Virus record (IMG/VR): IMGVR_UViG_3300028800_000077 | DNA: 64,000 nt | DNA from: an uncultured virus (IMG/VR IMGVR_UViG_3300028800_000077) | Taxonomy: Duplodnaviria > Heunggongvirae > Uroviricota > Caudoviricetes | Direction: 5' to 3' (one strand) | Shown: positions 35,501-44,227 of the stretch, piece after piece | Position numbering within the stretch: position 1 is the stretch's first letter | Layout: every line of letters begins with the position of its first letter | Program-made: the position numbers and the translations under genes | The notes under the pieces: generated by a model | Databases searched by the model: none | Told to the model about the DNA's origin: nothing | Seen by the model: the letters and a program-made list of their open reading frames with translations, nothing else

Positions 35501-37032
35501 AAGCCTATCGCGGGATCGACAAGCCGGACGCCTACGGAGAGCCGGCCAAGTTCACCGTCGACATCCATTCTGCCATTGAAGCGGGCAAGAAAGAATTGAC
35601 CGCTGAAAAGAATCTCGCGCTCGGCAAGGAGGTTTCGGAGAACAACGACTACGACGAGCAAGTGAAGATTGTCGGGTACTACCAAGGCAAGATGGACGAA
35701 CTGAACATGATCGATCAGTTGCGCCCGTTGGAGTTCGGCAACAAGTCCGACGCCGACAACTACGTCAAGCGCATCCGCTCGAAGTTCGAGAAGAAGGAGG
35801 AGCACAAGCTCAACCTGAAGCCGTTCAAGACGGAACTGCTGACGAAGCTGCGTGAAGACGTGAAGGAGATCGACAAAAAGTTCGACGAGTCTGCGCTGGG
35901 TCGCCGTTTCACCGAGGAGGAGTACAAGGCGAAGAAGGATGCGCTGGCTGAGATTTATCACAAGCGAGATCAGATCGTGGGTGAGTTCGCGCGCAGTCCT
36001 TACTCCACCAACAGCGGAGACGCGGCATCTGCTCCAACGCGCGCAGGCATCGAACAGATGATCGACGTGAACAAGGTAATGACGCCGGAGCAGAAGGCGG
36101 CAGCCAAGGCGGCCATCGTGTCGACGCCAGAAGTGAAAGCGCCGTGGCTCGACAAGATGGTGACAGCAGAGATTCCGGCATCGGGCGGCTCGCGTCAGGA
36201 GCCGGTGAAGGCGGGCTACGCCGACGAGCCGTTCGTGAAGCTGCCGGACATGCACATCGACCGGAACGGTTGCGCGTCGACGTCGCTCAAGGCGGGCGTC
36301 TCGAATGACTGGGACGGTGACGAGCATCGTGTCGTCTTGCGCGTGCAGGTGCCGCGTACCGCAGTGATCTCGGTGCCGGCTTACGGCATCAACATCAAAG
36401 CGGAGCGTGAAGTGGTCGTGGCTGGTACGGCTTGGAACAAGTGGGATGCGTGGGCGCACAAGGCCCCGGAGTTTGGCGTGCTGCCGATGGACGGCATGAA
36501 GTCTGACGATCTTGCGCTTGCGGCCGAGCCGGCGAATGCTTCGCCAAAGCCGTCATGGAAGGTCGCCGAACTTCTCAAGCCCGGTGGTCAGGCGTGGGAA
36601 ATGACGCCGACGGAAGTCGAGAAGTATGCGGACTATCAGAAGCTCTCGCCCGAGGACAAGGCGGCACTGATCGCCGGTCACGCGGCGCTCTACAAGGACT
36701 GGACAGCGCCGAAGGCGGAGGGCGGCATGGACCCGGCGGAAGCGGATAAGTGGGCCGAGCATTTGAGCCTTTCGGACAACGACAAGGCCGCGCTCGTGGC
36801 TGGCCATGTGAAGCTGTCGGACTTGGCGTCGAAGGATGACATCGAGGACGCGAAGCTGAAGATGCACATCAACAAGGGCAACGCGGCGTGGGCGAAGCAG
36901 GAGGCCGACGCGAAGAAGGCGTGGGAAGCGATGACGCCTGAGCAACAAGCGCAGGCCAAGGCCGACACCGACAAGTATGTGAAGGAAATGTCCGCCGAGA
37001 TGGACAAGGCAGAGTTGGCGCAGGCGGCGTGA
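32512..37032 (+). CDS. 1506-aa multidomain putative internal head protein: three tagged modules including ART-PolyVal-like and R-S-E ADP-ribosyltransferase-like domains
   Basis: MPLQKG.SQ..IS.NI.EL..AG.PQKQA.AIA N-terminus; tags at 32761, 33166, 34129; LYHGT..GFYFT..GFDGI..QIKSA; AYRG (35503), ASTS (36274), EREVVV (36403). Confidence 0.75.
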   Translation: MPLQKGSSQAAISANIAELVRAGHPQKQAEAIAEKTARGNDDFSDLIYQFLSQKAWWDYPRKLVKDAASKRKIAKLISGFVGDGFDPSEQREADGKWTAGGGGLQKGAKKNTKWTVAHVGKNKVEVAINPTQDDIETLLANADDDDPSVRLIKDTDGKVYAWDGFWATHRRMADVLGITPDEMDEGFGFPLAWKDGRKLKFTDDSGSVIDKKGWIAQDEYDPGEPREQDGKWTSGGGGGGAAPKPKAAKPNREKTNTPAFKNWFGKSKVRSATGKPLVLYHGTTVDFDQFDRSKANPESDWGSGFYFTNTPEDVSVNYAGFGPDLTNKIQNRAEQIAGEEDKNYDDPDIQARARAEFAQHEGAVMPVYLKMDKPFVVGGDNETSLDYEEERDDEGEPTGVEKGTLVDFIKNLRGIAEEYHDGDVDDLVGKLVEAGYGGGISASDLSKLASEDEKFGYYTDDDGKLVSKEILRRALQETGFDGIVDHTVDTKFGSSKKIGKPMEGVTPDTTHYIAFEPTQIKSASGNKGTYDPKSPKVNDEWNEADHPRGQPENAGEFASNPSGGASAQPPAPPAKEPHPEVVNVGGDLWNKKTAGRLENEYVAAYPEIDKIVTKSVGETAPAAASEEDEDESDDDAPYIPEDWDMVSDDDKEETKNKWKQDAFDDFYNSEVESWIDNGDQLKESVENVVNDFKDGSERDWAHEAIQDYLDDNDGENGKAIPFTTEQLLSAINVESVDAGKYSDSKEVDASFDEDVLEKLAAAAGVKPDVLSEDVRKDLLDAVNKEGNAYAEKVAYKVDPPEYLKDGVDEQEEDYWDQIEDKQKFKHAEQYLSHKWEQAVSDHGASKDDDAEGDEITALPKKFDPMQSDEGSQNYKLTQQVARHVSVQRAADLIKQRGLSKLSAGNLFGTISHLDGKIWHAWKGSSTSPDAIALQVAVADELGGRLYEFKDVSRQRGVDYANSNYASIGGYEGLKAYVRAKWETTQYMMDKAGIHTVEAYRGIDKPDAYGEPAKFTVDIHSAIEAGKKELTAEKNLALGKEVSENNDYDEQVKIVGYYQGKMDELNMIDQLRPLEFGNKSDADNYVKRIRSKFEKKEEHKLNLKPFKTELLTKLREDVKEIDKKFDESALGRRFTEEEYKAKKDALAEIYHKRDQIVGEFARSPYSTNSGDAASAPTRAGIEQMIDVNKVMTPEQKAAAKAAIVSTPEVKAPWLDKMVTAEIPASGGSRQEPVKAGYADEPFVKLPDMHIDRNGCASTSLKAGVSNDWDGDEHRVVLRVQVPRTAVISVPAYGINIKAEREVVVAGTAWNKWDAWAHKAPEFGVLPMDGMKSDDLALAAEPANASPKPSWKVAELLKPGGQAWEMTPTEVEKYADYQKLSPEDKAALIAGHAALYKDWTAPKAEGGMDPAEADKWAEHLSLSDNDKAALVAGHVKLSDLASKDDIEDAKLKMHINKGNAAWAKQEADAKKAWEAMTPEQQAQAKADTDKYVKEMSAEMDKAELAQAA

Positions 37033-40000
37033 TGGGCAACCCCAACGTCGTCGACATCCTGCACATGGAAGTGAGCCAGAACCTACCGTACTGGTTGTCG
37101 CCGGAAGTGAAGGACGCGCACAGCAAGGCGAAGATCAGGGCGTTCGTGAAGGCGAAGCGCGCGAAGCCGAAGCGTGCCGAGGACAAAGCGCCGGGCGTGC
37201 GCTGGGTGGAGAGTGAGCATCCGCGCGGCCAGCCGCAGAACGCTGGAGAGTTTACGTCCGCTGGGGGCGGGGGTGGTCCTGCTGTTCGTCACGGAGGCAA
37301 GCAGCCCAGTGGCGAACAGCAGCCAACCAAAGTGAGCCTGCCGAGCGGGAGCGCTGCGTTCCTGTCGATGAAGCAAGCACACGAGCTTCGCGAGACGCTG
37401 CGGCACGCGCTGTCGCAGCCGGCCGAGCGCCAGCCGAACGGTGAGGAGCAGCCGATCAAGGCGGAACTGCCCAGCGGTGGCGTCGAGTACATGACGCGCA
37501 AGCAGGCGAAGTCGCTGCACGACACGCTTTGGAACAGGCTCGGCGGATCTCCGGATAGTCCGCCAGTGGAGTTGCAGTCGGTGCCGGCCGATGCGTTCGT
37601 GAAGGCGCGCGACAAGTCGACGAAGCCGGAGTTCCTGTCGCCGCATCCTGCGGAGGAACTGGCCGATCACAAGCTGCTCATGAACAAGGATGGGACGGTC
37701 GGCGTTTCGGTTGACCCCAAGGGAGACATCCAGAACGTCTTCAACAACGGCGGCCCCAAAGGCGCTGGTGCCATGGCGATGGTCGCGGCCATCTTGGCGG
37801 GTGGCAAGACGCTGGATTGCTACGACGGCTTCCTGCCGAGCTTCTATCACCAGTTCGGGTTCGAGGAAGATCAGCGCATGAAGTTCAATCCGGACTTCGC
37901 GCCGCCGGGCTGGGACTTCTCAAAACGAGGGCAGCCGGACATTGTATTCATGTCCCTGCGTCACCATATGGGAAGTGAAGGTGTGTCTGAGGCTCTGGAC
38001 CGCGCTGCGGATCATGAGCATTGGACGACCCCGGAAAGGAGCAAGGTTTATGGCAACGACTGGGACGCCGCAAAAGAGCGAAGCCGCGCAGCAGCAGCCG
38101 CAGCGGACGCCGGAAGAACTGAAGCTCCTCGCGACGCTGGAGCGGGCGCTGGGTCGGAAGATGACCCCGCAGGAAGCCTTTCTGTCTTTGGAGCAGGCGC
38201 ACTATCTCGGCGAACTGTAGCCGCTGACGCGCAGCCTACGGGTTGGCGCGGCCTGCTTTCTGGACTTCTAAAGCTATTCATCGAAGACAAGCCCGAGCCG
38301 GTTGCGGCCGGGGTTGCGATCTTCTGCCGTCCCGATCACGACGGAACGCCGATGCGCGTGCTGCTGTTGCGCCGCTCGCCGGATGAGGAGAACTACGCCG
38401 GCTACTGGAGCCTGCCGGGCGGCCACATCGACGAGGACGAGACGCCGGAGCAGGCTGTCCGCCGCGAGGCGTCGGAGGAGATCGGCTGGATACCGGGCGA
38501 TCTCAAGGTGCTGGATCAGACGGACAAATACGTCACCTATTGCGCGTTCGTCGACGACGAGTTCGCGCCGATGCTGAACAGTGAGCACACGGACTATCAG
38601 TGGTGCCCGCTCGATAACCTGCCGAAGCCGGTGCATCCGGGCGTGCGGGCCACGCTGGAAGGCACGACGCGCAAGGTCGCCGACGACAGCCTGCCGGTGA
38701 CGTTTGCGATGGATCGCTTGGTGGTCGAGGCGCAGTACCGCGACACGTTCCCGGTGATGGCCAACGATTTCGAGAGCGCGCGGTCGCTCGATGTCGACGG
38801 CAAGATGCACGTGGCGATGACGCACATCTCGAAGGCGTGCGTGTCGCCGTATCTCGGCTCTGAGATTCCCGACTGCCTCAAGCTCGGGCTCGATCCGAAG
38901 AAGGTCTATCACCTGTTGCGCGATCCGAGCGAGCTTGCCAAGGCAGCCGCCACGTCGAACCGCATGCAGGTCTTGATCAAGCATGAGCCCGTGAACGCGG
39001 CTGACTACAAGCCGAGTATCACCGTGGGCGCGACAGGATCGGATGCGACGTTCAACGCGCCGTATCTCGATAACTCGATGGTCATTTGGTCACAGAAGGC
39101 CATCGATAAGGTCTTGGACGGCGAGCAGGAAGAACTCTCGTCCTCGTACCGCTACACGCCGGACATGACGCCGGGTGTTTACGAGGGCGTGCCCTTTGAC
39201 GGTGTGATGCGCGGCATCGTCTTCAACCACGTAGCGCTGGTCAAAAAAGGTAGAGCCGGACCCGACGTTGTCGTGGCCGACGAAGCCATGGTTCAACAAC
39301 AGGAGACAGAAATGCCGGAAGCTGTGAAGCTCTCGCGAATTGCGGCTCGGACTCAGGCGGCGCTCACCGTCTACTTGATGCCGAAGCTCGCCAAGGATGC
39401 GGCTCTCGATCTCACGTCGGTTCTCAAGGACGTGACGCCGCAGAACTTCAAGGCGCGCAAGGCCGCCATCTGGAAGGGCGCGAAGGATGCGGCCGACCCG
39501 ATGCTCAACCCGGCCGCCAAGGCTGCCGGTCCCGGCGGCCACGGTCCCGATGACATCGCGATGCGCCTGCTGGACATGATCGAAGGCCAGTCGGCCGCCG
39601 ATCCCGTGCCGGACGTCGCGCCGGCCGCTGTTGCGGCTCCTGCCGCTGCGGCCGCGCCGCCGGCTGCAGCCGCTACCGCACCGAACTCTGCCGTTCCGGC
39701 CAAGCCGGACGACAAGAACAAGAAGGTCATGGACGCCTTGCGCGCCAAGGGCATGAGCGAAGACGACATCTCCGAGATCGGCAGCATGATGGGCGGCGAG
39801 CCCGCAGAAGACGAGGACGACCCCAAGATGAAGCCTGAAGTCACCAAGGCCGCGATGGACGAAGCCATCAAGAGCGCGGTCGCTGAAACCAACGCGGCCA
39901 ATCGCGCGAAGGCCGAGGCCATCGAGATCGCTCGCCCGTTCGTGGGCGTCGTCTCTCCGCTGGCTCACGACAGCGCCGAGGCCGTCCTGCGCGCCACGCT

Positions 40001-40178
40001 GGGCACGCTCGGCGTCGACCACAAGGACCTGCCGGCGGAGGCGCTGAAGCCTCTCCTGCTCAAGCTGCCCAAGCCCGGCAGCACCACCACGCCGAAGCCG
40101 GCTCTCGCCATGGATGCGAAGGCGGCCGAGGGCTACGCGGGCCGTTGGGCGAACGCTCAGCGCATCAGCCACGCCTAA
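37029..40178 (+). CDS. Fusion: tagged GNAT-like domain + Nudix hydrolase + DUF2213 prohead protease/scaffold
   Basis: KGAG...A...GG.TLDCYD..LP.FY..FGF; Nudix box GGHIDEDETPEQAVRREASEEIG; ISKA.V.PY.G.EIP, ELSSSYRY, NHVALV..GRAGPDV; Ala/Pro-rich scaffold tail; position before capsid. Confidence 0.85.
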   Translation: MMGNPNVVDILHMEVSQNLPYWLSPEVKDAHSKAKIRAFVKAKRAKPKRAEDKAPGVRWVESEHPRGQPQNAGEFTSAGGGGGPAVRHGGKQPSGEQQPTKVSLPSGSAAFLSMKQAHELRETLRHALSQPAERQPNGEEQPIKAELPSGGVEYMTRKQAKSLHDTLWNRLGGSPDSPPVELQSVPADAFVKARDKSTKPEFLSPHPAEELADHKLLMNKDGTVGVSVDPKGDIQNVFNNGGPKGAGAMAMVAAILAGGKTLDCYDGFLPSFYHQFGFEEDQRMKFNPDFAPPGWDFSKRGQPDIVFMSLRHHMGSEGVSEALDRAADHEHWTTPERSKVYGNDWDAAKERSRAAAAAADAGRTEAPRDAGAGAGSEDDPAGSLSVFGAGALSRRTVAADAQPTGWRGLLSGLLKLFIEDKPEPVAAGVAIFCRPDHDGTPMRVLLLRRSPDEENYAGYWSLPGGHIDEDETPEQAVRREASEEIGWIPGDLKVLDQTDKYVTYCAFVDDEFAPMLNSEHTDYQWCPLDNLPKPVHPGVRATLEGTTRKVADDSLPVTFAMDRLVVEAQYRDTFPVMANDFESARSLDVDGKMHVAMTHISKACVSPYLGSEIPDCLKLGLDPKKVYHLLRDPSELAKAAATSNRMQVLIKHEPVNAADYKPSITVGATGSDATFNAPYLDNSMVIWSQKAIDKVLDGEQEELSSSYRYTPDMTPGVYEGVPFDGVMRGIVFNHVALVKKGRAGPDVVVADEAMVQQQETEMPEAVKLSRIAARTQAALTVYLMPKLAKDAALDLTSVLKDVTPQNFKARKAAIWKGAKDAADPMLNPAAKAAGPGGHGPDDIAMRLLDMIEGQSAADPVPDVAPAAVAAPAAAAAPPAAAATAPNSAVPAKPDDKNKKVMDALRAKGMSEDDISEIGSMMGGEPAEDEDDPKMKPEVTKAAMDEAIKSAVAETNAANRAKAEAIEIARPFVGVVSPLAHDSAEAVLRATLGTLGVDHKDLPAEALKPLLLKLPKPGSTTTPKPALAMDAKAAEGYAGRWANAQRISHA
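38050..38220 (+). CDS. 56-aa gene nested out of frame within the protease fusion gene
   Basis: SD AGGAG 8 nt before ATG; amphipathic helical product LLATLERALGRKMTPQEAFLSLEQAHYLGEL; host frame is low-complexity here. Confidence 0.55.
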   Translation: MATTGTPQKSEAAQQQPQRTPEELKLLATLERALGRKMTPQEAFLSLEQAHYLGEL

Positions 40179-40193
40179 CAAGGAGACGAAAAC

Positions 40194-41132
40194 ATGACTG
40201 CGACGAACGGCTTTCAGACTGGGGTTGCTTCGCAGCCCGCAGTCGCGATTGCGGGTGACTTCTGCGATCACAACCCGCGCTTCACGGTGGACGCCGGGCA
40301 GGGCGCGCTCGTGGTTGGGGCCGCTGGCCTCACCATCGGCCGCTTCGCTTGGGCCACGCAGCCCGTCGACAATGACGGCGCTGCCGCCATCGTCAGCAAC
40401 AACGGCACCGGGCCTGTCACTGGCTTCGTTGCTCGCGAGCAGCAAGCGCTGATCACGAAGTATCTGGACGATGCCAGCATGGTCATCGCGCCGGGCTTCA
40501 TGTGCACACTCTACAGCGGCGGTGGCTTTTGGGTCGTCAACGATGGTGCCACGCAGGCGCTCGTCGGCCAGACGGCCTACGCCAACTACGCTGACGGCAA
40601 GGTGACGTTCGCATCGGCCGCTGCCGCTGCATCCGTGACCGGCACCATCGCGGCGGGCACGTTCTCCTCGACGGGCTCGATCACGAACGAAATCCTGACC
40701 GTCACGGCAGGCACCGTTCAGGTCGGCGGCCTGATCACTTCGGGCGCTGCGGCTGGCACGATCATCACCAGCCAGCTTACCGGCACTCCCAACGGTGTCG
40801 GCACCTACACCCTGAGCATCCCGGCGCAGACCGTGTCCTCGACCACGATCTCGGGCACGTTCGGCACCTTCACGGCTGTCTCGGGCCTCACTGGCCTGTT
40901 CGGCATCGGCGATGTCCTCGCCGGCTCCGGCGGCGGCGGCGTGACGGCCGGCACCATGATCACCGCGCTGGGCACCGGCACGGGCGGGCTCGGCACGTAC
41001 ATCGTGCAGACCACGCAGACCGTGACCAGTTCGTCCATCACGGCGACCCTCAATGTCGCGACGAAGTGGGTTGCGATGTCTTCGGCGGTGGCCGGCGGCC
41101 TCGTCAAGATTTCCGACCACCTGCTCGGCTAA
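40194..41132 (+). CDS. Capsid decoration/minor structural protein with two inserted beta modules
   Basis: GFQT.V..QPA.A.AGDF...NPR, GRFAW, GFV.REQQALIT, GGFW; between protease and MCP. Confidence 0.75.
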   Translation: MTATNGFQTGVASQPAVAIAGDFCDHNPRFTVDAGQGALVVGAAGLTIGRFAWATQPVDNDGAAAIVSNNGTGPVTGFVAREQQALITKYLDDASMVIAPGFMCTLYSGGGFWVVNDGATQALVGQTAYANYADGKVTFASAAAAASVTGTIAAGTFSSTGSITNEILTVTAGTVQVGGLITSGAAAGTIITSQLTGTPNGVGTYTLSIPAQTVSSTTISGTFGTFTAVSGLTGLFGIGDVLAGSGGGGVTAGTMITALGTGTGGLGTYIVQTTQTVTSSSITATLNVATKWVAMSSAVAGGLVKISDHLLG

Positions 41133-41155
41133 CCCCAAGAAAGGAAGCCAGACAA

Positions 41156-42280
41156 ATGCCTACCCGCTTTGCAAACACCCAAGAGGCGTTCAGCGCTTGG
41201 GAACAGGATCGTGCTCAGCACGAGGAAAACGGCATCTACATCGGTGCGCGCTCCTACCTGCCTGAGCCTGTCCGCCGCAACGCCATGCTGGCCAACGAGA
41301 TGTTGGCCATGGACGCGGCCTATCAGCCGGGCCTCGCCACCGACCCGAACTCGGGTGTGCCGGCGATGCTCACCACCTACATCGATCCGGCCATCTTCGA
41401 GATTCTGTTCTCGCCGTCGAAGGCCGCGATCATCCTCGGCGAGAAGCGCTACGGCGACTGGATCACCGACACGGCGATGTTCCCGGTCACTGAGGCGACC
41501 GGCGAAGTGTCGTCCTACGGCGACCGCTCGATGAACGGCCGCGCTGGTGTCAACACCAACTGGCCGCAGTTCCAGAACTACCTGTTCCAGACGATCATGG
41601 AGTACGGCGAGCGCGAGCTTGCGCGTGCCGGCCTCGCCAAGATCAACTGGGTGTCGCAGATCAACGCGGCTGCCGCGACGATCATGCAGAAGTACGCGAA
41701 CGTCACCTACTTCTTCGGCGTGCGCGGCCTTCGCAACTACGGCCTGCTCAACAACCCGTACTTCGCGGCGTCGCTCACGCCGGCCACGAAGGCCAACGGC
41801 GGCCAGACGTGGTTCACCAACACGGGCGCACCGAACGCCACGGCGAACGAGGTCTACAACGACATCGTCACCATGTTCGAGTCGCTGGTTCAGCAGACCG
41901 GCGGCCTCGCCGACAAGGACACCAAGGTCGTGCTGGCGATGTCGCCCGGCTCGGAAGTGGCCCTGACCTTCACGAACTCGTTCAACGTGAACGTCGAAGA
42001 CCTGCTCAAGAAGAACTTCCCGAACATCCGCATCGAGAACGCCGTGCAATACGGCGTGCAGTCGGCGTCCAACCCGCAAGGCGTGGTCGGCGGCAACCTC
42101 GTGCAGCTTTTCGCGGAAAGCCTCGAAGGGCAGGAGAGCGGCTACTGCGGCTTCTCCGAGAAGATGCGCAGCCACACCATCGTCAAGGGCCTGTCGGACT
42201 TCCGTCAGAAGGTCACTGGCGGCACTTGGGGTGCGGTCATCCGCATGCCCGTCTCGTTCGTCTCGATGCTCGGAGTGTAA
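41156..42280 (+). CDS. Major capsid protein (DUF2184-like)
   Basis: LAMDA..P.L.T..NSG.PA.LTTYIDP, GDW, SYGD, FFGV.GL.NYGLLN.P, FSEKMRSH, GGTWGA.IR.P. Confidence 0.9.
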   Translation: MPTRFANTQEAFSAWEQDRAQHEENGIYIGARSYLPEPVRRNAMLANEMLAMDAAYQPGLATDPNSGVPAMLTTYIDPAIFEILFSPSKAAIILGEKRYGDWITDTAMFPVTEATGEVSSYGDRSMNGRAGVNTNWPQFQNYLFQTIMEYGERELARAGLAKINWVSQINAAAATIMQKYANVTYFFGVRGLRNYGLLNNPYFAASLTPATKANGGQTWFTNTGAPNATANEVYNDIVTMFESLVQQTGGLADKDTKVVLAMSPGSEVALTFTNSFNVNVEDLLKKNFPNIRIENAVQYGVQSASNPQGVVGGNLVQLFAESLEGQESGYCGFSEKMRSHTIVKGLSDFRQKVTGGTWGAVIRMPVSFVSMLGV

Positions 42281-42287
42281 CGTCGCC

Positions 42288-42821
42288 ATGGCACAAGTGG
42301 ATAAGGGTCCTTCACAGCAGCCGTCTTCGGGCGGCGCGAAAGTCAACGTCTTCTGCAACCTGCCGAACGGCCTCGTTCTGCAGTTGGAGAAGGCAGAGGA
42401 ATCGCGGGAGCCGGTCATGGGCGGCGGCTCCCGCACCGTCACGCTGTACCGCAAGGTCGGCTTGCCGGTGAAGGTGAAGGGGACCGCCTCGAACATCGAT
42501 CATCCGAACCCGGCCCGCATCGTGGTGGGCTATGCCGTCACCGAAGGCGTCGACAAGGCGTTTTGGGACGAGTGGGTCAAGGCTCACGCAGATTCGGCCT
42601 ACGTCAAGAACGGCTGCATCTTTGCCCACGAAAAGCTCGACTACGGCGTCGACATGGCGACCGAGCAGGGCAAGGGCGGCTTCCGCTCGGGGCTTGAGCC
42701 GCTTGAGCACGACAACGACTATCGTGCGCCGCGCTCCACCGACACGCAGAAGCAAGTCGGCACCGAGGAGGACTTGGCGAAGAAGATCGCCCAGCGCGAG
42801 CCGCAGCGCGCGGTCCAGTAG
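42288..42821 (+). CDS. Conserved virion-module protein
   Basis: V.CNLPNGL.L, GY..TEGVDK.FWDEW, NG.IFA, SGLEPL. Confidence 0.7.
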   Translation: MAQVDKGPSQQPSSGGAKVNVFCNLPNGLVLQLEKAEESREPVMGGGSRTVTLYRKVGLPVKVKGTASNIDHPNPARIVVGYAVTEGVDKAFWDEWVKAHADSAYVKNGCIFAHEKLDYGVDMATEQGKGGFRSGLEPLEHDNDYRAPRSTDTQKQVGTEEDLAKKIAQREPQRAVQ

Positions 42822-42822
42822 C

Positions 42823-43311
42823 ATGGGCTACGTCGTCACGTTCGACTACACGACATGGACCGCACGGTTCCCGGCGCTGGCGAGCGTCGCGCAGCCGCTT
42901 GCGCAGATGTATTTCGACGAGGCGACGCTCTACTGGGACAACACCGGGGCCTCGCCTGCGCCCACGGCTGGCATCCAGTCGTTGCTCATGAACCTCATGA
43001 CGGCGCACATCGCGGCGCTGAACACGCAGACGCAGGGTGACGAGAGCCCCGGATCGGCCAAGGACGCCAACACGCCGGTCGGCCGGGTGTCCTCGGCAAC
43101 GCAGGGCAGCGTCACCATCCAGACGGACATGACCGGGCCGCCGGCCATGTCAAAGGCGTGGTTCGATCAGACGCAGTATGGGGCCTCTTTTTGGGCCGCC
43201 ACGGCACAGTTCCGGACGGCGCAGTATATGCCCGGCTGCCTGCAGCCCGGTGGCCTGCCGGGCAACGGCGGCATTCCGGGGGCCGGTTGGAGCGGGTGGT
43301 ACAGCCGGTGA
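42823..43311 (+). CDS. Head-tail adaptor (DUF4054-like)
   Basis: FD...W.ARFP, L..AHIA.L, VGRVSSAT.GSV, WF.QT.YG..FW. Confidence 0.8.
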   Translation: MGYVVTFDYTTWTARFPALASVAQPLAQMYFDEATLYWDNTGASPAPTAGIQSLLMNLMTAHIAALNTQTQGDESPGSAKDANTPVGRVSSATQGSVTIQTDMTGPPAMSKAWFDQTQYGASFWAATAQFRTAQYMPGCLQPGGLPGNGGIPGAGWSGWYSR

Positions 43312-43772
43312 GCACCAAGATCACGGGCGGCGACAGGTTCGAGAGCGCCGTCAAGGAACTGGCAGACGGCATGAGGGGGCGGGGAGCCTACGTCGACGTC
43401 GGCTTTCAGAACGGGGCGACCGAGGACGATGGCATGCTGACGGCCGCCGTGGCTGCGCTGAACGAGTACGGCGTGCCATCGCGCGGCCAGCCGCCTCGTC
43501 CGTTCTTCCGGCGCATGATCGCCAAGGAAAAGGGCCAGTGGCCAGCCACGGCCGGGAAGCTGCTCAAGCAGGCCGACTACGACGTGGTCGAGGCGGTCGG
43601 CGTCATGGGCGATGTCATCAAGGAACAGATTGAAAACTCGATCCGCGAGTTGGTGTCGCCGCCGTTGGCGCAGTCGACCGTCGACCGGAAGGGTTTCAGC
43701 AAGCCGCTGATCGATACGGGCAACATGCTCAACAGCGTGACCAAGGTCGTCAAAACAGGAGACGCAGAATGA
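43308..43772 (+). CDS. Neck/tail completion protein
   Basis: VGF, A.LNEYG, PPRPFFR, PPLA.ST..RKG..KPLIDTG.M. Confidence 0.8.
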   Translation: MSTKITGGDRFESAVKELADGMRGRGAYVDVGFQNGATEDDGMLTAAVAALNEYGVPSRGQPPRPFFRRMIAKEKGQWPATAGKLLKQADYDVVEAVGVMGDVIKEQIENSIRELVSPPLAQSTVDRKGFSKPLIDTGNMLNSVTKVVKTGDAE

Positions 43773-44224
43773 AGCTCAATTTCGACACCATCGCGGGTGG
43801 CGCTCAACTCGATACGGCCGCTCCCGGCGCAATCGGCGGCACGACGCCGGCTCCCGGCAACTTCACTACGCTCGGCAGCACCGGGCTTGCGTCGCTTCAG
43901 TCGACGCAGGTCGATACCGGAACGAAGACGGCGGCGGCCACGGCCGGCGCGGCCACGTTGAACAAGAACGCGGGCGTGATCACGTCGGAAGCTCTGACGA
44001 CGGCGGCCGGCGCGCAGTACACACTGACGCTGACCAACTCGCAGGTCGCGGCGGCCGATCAGGTGATGGTATCGGTCCAACTCGGCACGGCGACTACCGG
44101 CACGCCAAACGTCTGCACCGTGACGCCTGCCGCCGGCTCCGTGGTGATCGTGATCCAGAACATCCACGCCACGGTGGCGTTGAACGGCACGATCAAGATC
44201 GCCTTCGTCGTTCTCAAGAACTGA
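43769..44224 (+). CDS. Small fibre-like structural protein
   Basis: AIGGTTPA.G.FTTL; ATLNK.AG.IT. Confidence 0.6.
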   Translation: MKLNFDTIAGGAQLDTAAPGAIGGTTPAPGNFTTLGSTGLASLQSTQVDTGTKTAAATAGAATLNKNAGVITSEALTTAAGAQYTLTLTNSQVAAADQVMVSVQLGTATTGTPNVCTVTPAAGSVVIVIQNIHATVALNGTIKIAFVVLKN

Positions 44225-44227
44225 TCG

